A stretch of DNA of 18,657 bases. Origin: Ginkgo biloba (lineage: Eukaryota; Plantae; Ginkgophyta). Each line of letters begins with the position of its first letter. The first letter of the stretch is position 1. The stretch spans positions 15,180,573 through 15,199,229 of the forward strand of contig JANKJI020000001.1 of the NCBI GenBank assembly GCA_024626585.2, given 5' to 3'. A program made the translations under genes and the position numbers. This document shows, piece after piece, positions 11,486 through 18,657 of the stretch. A model generated the notes under the pieces. It searched no databases. It was not told the origin of the DNA and was given only the letters and a program-made list of their open reading frames with translations.

Positions 11486-13870
11486 GTCTAAATCTTAAAT
11501 GCCTCCTATGTGAGACACTTATCTATGGAATCTTCATTTGAGATAGGGCCATCCTTAAAAACCTCTAGATGCACTTGCATATGTAAGGCATTCAAAAATA
11601 AATTATATAACTACCTACCCACAAATGGGATTTTAAAAGCATAGACTAATGTCATAACCTATACACAAAGTCAAAACTAGACTTGTGTGTGTCTTGTTTT
11701 AAACAAAATAAGGCTTTGAGGGCGATATCGAATGGTTTTGCCACATCAAAATATTAGAAGAATAAATTGACCAATTGATGAAAGGATACTATTGATAGTT
11801 TAGGTAACCTATAAAACTATTTTAATGACTCTCCTACTAACGATCTAAGACACAATATTAACACTATCTCATTTTGATATATAAAATCCTCACATTCAAG
11901 CGTGAAGGAATCAACATGAGCAGTAAGATTTGATCCTGTCAACCCATCAAATTTGGGTAATTTAAAATTGGTATGGGTAGCACAACCAAAATAAGAGAGG
12001 GAGAAATAGTATTTTTTATATAGTTAGTATAATATTTCCTATAATTGATGACAGGTTGTACCATAATACTAATAGGATTAGAGACAATCCCTAAATATTG
12101 ATATTGTTGGTGGGTAGAAGATGAGACACCAACATTTGACAAGGGAATAGAAGTTAAAGGCATAAAATAAGGGTTTTGTCCCTATAAAGGTGTATATTCC
12201 ATGACAAAAGGAGTGTAAGATGAGAAATATTGTGAAACATATGGAACATGCTATTCATATAAATTAAATGGCATTTGTGGGATATATGGAGGTTTTTTAT
12301 AATAAGATTATCCCATAGATAAATAGGTCTAAGTTTGGGTCATATAAATATATGGATTGATTATAATTTACCCCATACTATATTGAGATAGTGGTGGTAT
12401 TATGGGCACACTAGATTGTAAACTCACATATGGTTTTCAAGAGATAAGTTGTTGAAAACTACCTAGGGTAGATGATGGTGTTCTAAATAAATAAATTGGA
12501 GTGGTACCAATCATAGAAGATTTATTCCCACCTGGGGTTGAGACCTCATAGGAAATAATTGAACTTATAGATGAATTTTTCATGCTATACAAAATCATAG
12601 AATGGGGAGGATTAGACAAATGATGTTCATACACAGTTAATACCATATAATAAATCTCAAATGGTTCATCTAAAGGCCTATATATTTATTTAGTCTCAAT
12701 CAAATGATTAGACAAACTAAAGTTATAGGATTTTAAGTAAATGGACTTTGAAGTTTGATAAAAGGTGATAGATTTCCCAACTATATCATTAATTAAAGTA
12801 TCATGGAATTTATATGTGGGAGAAGAAATATCTCTAGAGATGGGGGTGGTGCCCACTCTAGTGGGAGTGATAAGAGAAGGTATTCCTTCATCGCTAAAAA
12901 TATCCAGAGGGCCTCTTCTAATTTGGTGTCCCATAGGGACACTTTCATATTCAGGTGGTTTTCCCCTAATCATCAAAGAATGTTTTAGACCCATAGGGAA
13001 AGTACTAGACAAGATATCCATGATAGGATAAAGAAACAAATAAAATAAAATAAAATGCCAAAAATGGCTATTATTTTACTAAAAAAAATTTCTAATGATT
13101 TTTTTTTTAATTTTATTGTTTCAAATATACATACAAAAAAATGCTTCTAGAAAGAATATTGACCCTTAGAATATCGAATCAATATTCCTCCAAAAATTTA
13201 TGGGTAGGTAAGATGTTCCTAGGTGGATAAACTAATTGACCATGAAAACTTCCTCAACTAATCAATGTTGGGTGGTCTCCCCCTTTATGCAGCCTAAATC
13301 CATCTAGTATGATATTATCAACCTTCGTATCAACCAAAGAAAGTTGTAGGCACTAGAGCTCCCTAAATAAACTCAAAAGTTAAAGGATGAGGTACCTAAA
13401 AATATTTTGAAGAAGNNNNNNNNNNNNNNNNNNNNNNNNNNNNNNNNNNNNNNNNNNNNNNNNNNNNNNNNNNNNNNNNNNNNNNNNNNNNNNNNCCTTT
13501 CTTACTTAATAAAGTCACTTAAATCCTATACTATAATAGATCTATCCTAAGAATTATGCACACACCATATGAATCCTAAACCTGGCTATAAGGGATTTAG
13601 AAAATTGGTTTCACTCATGGAGATGCAAAGGTTCCTAGTCTATAATTGACTAATAAAAAAATTCACCAAAAATTTAACTTAAAACACCTAAGACATACCA
13701 AAATGAACCAAAGGAAAAATATAACCAAGATTAGACAGCTTGTAAGCTCCCTAGTGGAGTAACTAAATACTATATTAAGCTCAATCAACCTATCCCCAAC
13801 CTACAATCACTAAGGTAATGACTCTATGTCTGACCCATGGATGAGTGATAACTTTGTGGGCTATGCCATA
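11486..13870. mobile_element. Old, CpG-depleted repeat-like DNA, probably retrotransposon-derived
   Basis: Only a handful of CpGs in about 2.4 kb and short broken Pro/Ser/Ile-rich minus-strand ORFs. No diagnostic domain recognised, so the call rests on composition. Confidence 0.35.
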
Positions 13871-15092
13871 CNNNNNNNNNNGGCGATGAATAGAGATTAA
13901 CTAATTCAAAGTGGACCTTTTGTTTGCATTTCAAAAGTGTAAAAGTAAATTATATCTTTCACTTTCCTTTTCTTTCACAAAAGAGTTAAAGGGAGAATCA
14001 TGTAAACACATACATAAAGAAAGATAATTCAACATTTTCCCTCAACATATCACCCCAAAAAACTATTTATCATAGTATGAAAAAGAATAGCCTTCNNNNN
14101 NNNNNNNNNNNNNNNNNNNNNNNNNNNNNNNNNNNNNNNNNNNNNNNNNNNNNNNNNNNNNNNNNNNNNNNNNNNNNNNNNNNNNNNNNNNNNNNTGCTC
14201 ATTATAGCTTTCCTGTCCTTAATCCCCTCTTTACACTTAACATTGTCCTCATCAATCGCTTGACATCCTTCCTTACTCTTTAATTCAAAACTCCTTATAT
14301 TCTAGTTTCTTCTTGTTTTTCTTTTGATGTCCATTCGTATATGGCCCCTTGGGACTCATCACTAGCATTCCCTCTGGCAACACTAGTGGAGTCAACATTC
14401 AAAGCACAAACACAATAAAAACCTTCAACTATCAATTTAGACCCACAAGCTGAATCACAGGCTTTCACTCTTTTCTACATAGCAAGCAAATGAAAGCAAA
14501 CATCACCCATCCCTGAAGAATAATCAACAAACATCGTGACATTATAATTAGTTAGGGGTACTTATATGATCATATCAGAATGTAGAAAGCTGCCATGAAT
14601 TACAGTGACTTCAACATGTAAATAGCTGACAAAACCATGTAAGACAGATAAACATAAATTAAAGAAAGATTTTATCATGATCTCAACATGCATGTCATTC
14701 CTTAGGTATCAGAAAGATAATTTTCTGGTGGAAAGATCACTCTCAATCATTACACACTTTCCCATACTGTTGCCATTTTAAGAACAATTGACATAAGATT
14801 GCACAACAGGTTGAAAAAAAAACAGAGAGAAAGAACCAAAAATCCTAAAATGTAACTTCAGGATTTGAATTCTTATCACCTTATTCCAGTGCATACACTC
14901 ACAAAGGGTAGCACAGCCAACTTTAAAGCCAGTTCTACCTTCTTGTGACATGTATATTCAAAATAAAATTATAACATACCGGGATACAAACTCTGAAAAA
15001 CTCAGGATTCCGAGTACCTAATAATCCGAAACAAAAGGTCAACCTAATTGGTGTTGGAGGAATCTCTCAAGTAGAAACACAGAACCACGATC

Positions 15093-15371
15093 CTAGTATG
15101 TGTAGCCCTTCACAAACATTCCCTTCTTAGCCTCTTCACTTTCACCCTTAGCAGAGTAGCGCCCAAGCTGAGCAAGAGAATTGGCCTTTGCCCTAATAAG
15201 AAGTGCCTTCTGGGCTTCTTCAACATTCTCAGGAAGACCCTTCCAGGTCTTTAGAACTGTATTCTGCAAAGCTCGTGCATAAGAAAAGGAGACATGCCAT
15301 GGGTTCGGGCTTTGGTTCATTGCATTCAAATTCAAGGTTGCCTCCACCTCAGACTGACCTCCTGACAAGAA
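15093..15371 (-). CDS. FBA3: FBA exon 6 (terminal, 279 nt)
   Basis: Acceptor taatatag|TTC; [19 protein letters not shown]...[10 protein letters not shown]-stop. Confidence 0.94.
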   Translation of the reverse strand, partial: FLSGGQSEVEATLNLNAMNQSPNPWHVSFSYARALQNTVLKTWKGLPENVEEAQKALLIRAKANSLAQLGRYSAKGESEEAKKGMFVKGYTY

Positions 15372-18300
15372 CTATATTACAGACATACATCCAAACCAGT
15401 TAGAAAATTTATTAAAATATACGCCATCAAGCCATTCTTTCCAGATCGTAAAGCTTCTAGATGCAATGGAAAAGATCTGAAATCTAAAACAGTGTTCTTT
15501 CAAAACATTACTCACCATAATTCCAGGAACAGCAGGTGGAACCCTCCTTTTTAGCATTTTTAGAGTGTACTCTGCAACCTGCTCTGGCGTTGCCTTCTCC
15601 TTGTGCTCGGCACCAGGAGTTACCATACTTGGCTTCAGCAAAATACCCTCAAAGAAGACATTGTTTTGAGCCAGGTAGAAGAAAACTTCAGCCCAAACTT
15701 TCTCTGCCACTTGAAGAGTTCTATCAATGGAGTGGTCTCCATCCAGAAGAATCTCTGGCTCGACAATGGGCACAAGGCCATTGTCCTTATCAGACAAATG
15801 CCAAAGAAGAAGGAAACAAAAACAAATTAGACCATGGGTAACTTTTCCAGCCCATAAACACCAAAAGCATTGACCAAAAAAGAATCTAATAGATTTAGAA
15901 ATCCCCTCAAATATGTTTTAAAAGTATCTACCCTAATATCTGTTAGTTGCTGTGTGTCATGGATCACAGCTACATATCTCGCTCTGGAAACCTTCTAAAA
16001 GATTTAAGGCCAGCACTTGACTCTGAAAAACAAAAGTGCAGTTAGAATTCAGTTGACACCAGTACCTGAGAAATAGCAGCATAACGTGCAAGCCCCCAGG
16101 CAGCTTCCTTGACAGCCAACTCAGAAGGCCCATTAGGAATGCTGACCACAGTTCGCCTGCAAAGGCAGCATAGTTTAAATCAAAAAATAAAACACAGGAT
16201 CATCTACCATAAATAGCCTGAAACATAAGAAAGCCAATATGACTTTCAATGCACTACACAGTAGCATGCCTAAGTGAAGAGCTGTATAACAGAGACATGC
16301 AATACCAGAAGACCCACATTTTAACCGACATAGATCTGTGTGTTGTCATGTTGTAATACTCTATATGCAAGCTTTTTACAACAAAACAGTATCAATATAA
16401 TACAAACTCACCACTTGGCAAATCTGGCGCCCTGCTTGTAGTATTCAGCAGATCTTGAGGCTAATCCGTCCAGACCCTGGCACCAAGATTCATTGTTTGA
16501 TCCGGGTAATGGTACCAAACCCTACATACACACAAAACCCGGAGGAATGAGCAGCATGCAGATCATGGAAAAATACATAAATCGTCCACACAAATTTGTG
16601 CACGCTGACTAGGTAAAAACATAGAGAGCAATACCTTGTCAACTTTAATGCCAGGCATGATATTCTGCTCCCGCAAGCAGTCAACCAATTTTTTGCCATC
16701 GGTTGTTGACTGGTAGAGTGTCTCTTCAAAAAGGATGGCACCTGAAATATATTCGCCTAGTCCTGGTGTGGTCAACAAGAGCTGCCTGTATGCTAGGCGG
16801 TTGCTTTCAGTATTCTCAAGACCAATTGAAGCAAGCCTCTTTCCACATGTAGCATTGGATTCATCTATGNNNNNNNNNNNNNNNNNNNNNNNNNNNNNNN
16901 NNNNNNNNNNNNNNNNNNNNNNNNNNNNNNNNNNNNNNNNNNNNNNNNNNNNNNNNNNNNNNNNNNNNNAAAGAATGGCAGCAAACTCTGCAGCAAAGTA
17001 CCCACAAATTATGCCTGGATAAACAGATGCAGAACATAGACATGAAATCCATGAATTGAGAAAAAGCCCAACAAAGCAAGTGTTCACACATGTAGATCTT
17101 TGGGTAGTGGTGTCATATTCTCCCAATATATTTTATGGCAATCTTAAACAACTGTGTTGATTTTCTGGTTTTCATGTTATAGTTCTCCTCAATATATGTA
17201 AGCAATTTTAAAAAAGAAAAAAATTAAATAAAAGGGTAATCAGAAATGTAAACTAATTGTGAAAATCATTATTGTGGCATCTTCGAGAAGCTCTACTATA
17301 GTTGTCTTCTGAAATATGCAGGCAATTAAGATCATAAAAATTTGTTCTGGTGGCAATGATCATCAGTTGAGCCCTTCAGGCTTAAGCTCTTTAATTCCAT
17401 TCTCGTGGAGGCAAGAGGACACTACCACTAAGTGGATGATCCTGTTGGGCGATGCAAGAGCTTTACCACCTATATTAAAAAAACCAAGGTTTATTGAAAA
17501 AACACAATGCTATCGAAGTATGCAAACTGACCATTTGGCAAATCGGGCTCCCTGCTTATAGTACTCAGCGGATCTTGACGCCAATCCATCCAGTCCCTGA
17601 CACCAAGATTCGTCGTTTGATCCTGGCAATGGAACCAAACCCTTCATACAGAAAAAAACCCACACAATCTTGAGAAATGCAATTATCAAATAAATACCGT
17701 GCAAGTTCATGTAAACAAATAAACTTAAACTGGACACTAATTGCTTATCAGCTGAAAATGACAAGGAAAAAAGGACAAAGCAATAACAGAACAGAATATG
17801 GGTTTTGATAAAGCCAATGGAATACCTTGTCAACTTTAATACCAGGCATGATATTCTGTTCACGCAAACACTCAACGAGCTTTTTGCCACTGTTTGTGGA
17901 CTGGTAGAGGGTTTCCTCAAAGAGGATGNNNNNNNNNNCCCCAGAAATATATTCACCCAGCCCTGGGGTTGTCAATAACAGCTGCCTGTATGCTAGGCGA
18001 TTGGCTTCGTTGTTCTCCAAGCCAATAGAAGCAAGTCTCTTCCCACAAGTAGCATTGGACTCATCAATGGCAAGAATACCACGTCCTGTAGATGCAACAG
18101 ATTTCTTCATAAAACATGCACCAAAACAGTCAATTTTTAGGCAATATCACCTAAAAAAATTTCATCTAGAATACTAAAAAACTGTTGACAACATGTGTGC
18201 CTAAAAATGAGCTAAACCGACACATATTAATTCAGAATTGAAAAACAAAAAATTGATTATCAATGAGTAAAGAGACAACCTAGACCGCCATGAACCCAAA

Positions 18301-18652
18301 ACGAACCCATAGAAAATCAAAACCCATGTCCACATCAGTGAAATACCTTACCAAAATAATGAAATCCACAGAAAGACATGTAGAAAATCAAACCCAGATC
18401 TTTAATACTGAAATATTTAACCAGTTTTGACAGAATCTACACCAAAACGAGAATGATTTATTGGCGAAGAAGACTACTAACCGCAGTTTGGACGAGTTCA
18501 TCGCTGTATGATCCAGCTCTAATGGGCATGGAGACCCTCTGCGCATTTGCTTGCTGTTGAGATACAGCAGGCTGTCCGAGGGATTGTCCCAGCCATTGAG
18601 ATGCTCCCAGGTGTACAGAAGGCTTTACAAGAGATCCTGCAATGGACGCCAT
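15093..18652 (-). CDS. FBA3: Plastid class I fructose-1,6-bisphosphate aldolase (FBA3-like), about 396 aa per isoform; exons 1, 2A/2B, 3A/3B, 4, 5, 6
   Basis: Transit-peptide-like N-terminus; motifs [33 protein letters not shown] (Schiff-base Lys), SFSYARALQ and C-terminal KGYTY. Closely resembles the plastid FBA3 type as I recall it from Arabidopsis. Visible splice sites are GT-AG with consistent phases. Confidence 0.93.
15516..15785 (-). CDS. FBA3: FBA exon 5 (270 nt)
   Basis: Acceptor gtctgataag|GAC; [11 protein letters not shown]...LLKPSMVT...AVPGIM; donor ATG|gtgagt. Confidence 0.93.
16066..16156 (-). CDS. FBA3: FBA exon 4 (91 nt)
   Basis: Acceptor ctttgcag|G; [30 protein letters not shown]; donor CAG|gtactg. 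Confidence 0.93.
16412..16521 (-). CDS. FBA3: FBA exon 3B (second copy of exon 3; 110 nt)
   Basis: Acceptor tgtgtatgtag|GGT; [36 protein letters not shown](W); donor TG|gtgagt. Confidence 0.92.
16635..16869 (-). CDS. FBA3: FBA exon 2B (second copy of exon 2; acceptor and first ~35 nt hidden in the N gap)
   Basis: [24 protein letters not shown]...[25 protein letters not shown]; donor AAG|gtattg. Confidence 0.9.
17532..17641 (-). CDS. FBA3: FBA exon 3A (110 nt)
   Basis: Acceptor tctgtatgaag|GGT; [36 protein letters not shown](W); donor TG|gtcagt. Confidence 0.9.
17826..18104 (-). CDS. FBA3: FBA exon 2A (270 nt after correcting a 10-N gap that stands for 1 nt)
   Basis: Acceptor ttttatgaag|AAA; [16 protein letters not shown]...GIKVDK; donor AAG|gtattc. 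Confidence 0.9.
18482..18652 (-). CDS. FBA3: FBA exon 1 (171 nt; plastid transit peptide plus start of mature protein)
   Basis: aaacaATGGCG start context; [10 protein letters not shown]...[14 protein letters not shown]; donor GCG|gttagt. Confidence 0.93.
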
Positions 18653-18657
18653 TGTTT

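Noticed and set aside
16023-16046. Strong acceptor-like ctaac...ttttgtttttcag in FBA intron 4
   Set aside because: It is only 43 nt from the exon 4 donor, too short for a typical plant intron, and no aldolase-like exon follows.
17349-17400. CUGAUGA next to a hairpin, suggesting a hammerhead ribozyme or C/D snoRNA
   Set aside because: No properly placed GAAA and UH cleavage site, and no convincing D box with a terminal stem.
17929-17938. Apparent 3-codon insertion in exon 2A
   Set aside because: The flanks read G...C of the single Ala codon seen in 2B (GCC), so the 10 Ns most likely stand for one base.
17157-18391. 10-nt complementarity (ttgattttct at 17157 vs agaaaatcaa at 18311 and 18382) that could loop out cassette A
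   Set aside because: About one such AT-rich 10-mer match is expected by chance between introns of this size.

Overview
AT-rich land-plant nuclear DNA from a gappy draft assembly; several gaps are exactly 100 N, which looks like a placeholder length. A gymnosperm origin is plausible but cannot be shown from the sequence. There are two spliced genes on the minus strand: a divergent tonoplast sugar transporter (TST/TMT family, 6230-8917, first coding exon probably in the 9369-9973 gap) and a plastid-targeted class I fructose-bisphosphate aldolase of the FBA3 type (15093-18652). The rest is mostly decayed Ty3/gypsy retrotransposon sequence (RT and PBS at 1-1456; gag zinc knuckle and aspartic protease at about 10357-11384) plus three small tandem duplications. 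The standout is that the aldolase locus carries exons 2 and 3 twice (order 1-2A-3A-2B-3B-4-5-6). Both copies have open frames and canonical splice sites wherever visible, and differ by 44 synonymous versus 6 amino-acid-changing codons (hand count). This fits an old, selectively maintained, mutually exclusive two-exon cassette. However, a 100-N gap separates the copies, so a tandem gene pair or a paralog mis-join is not excluded.
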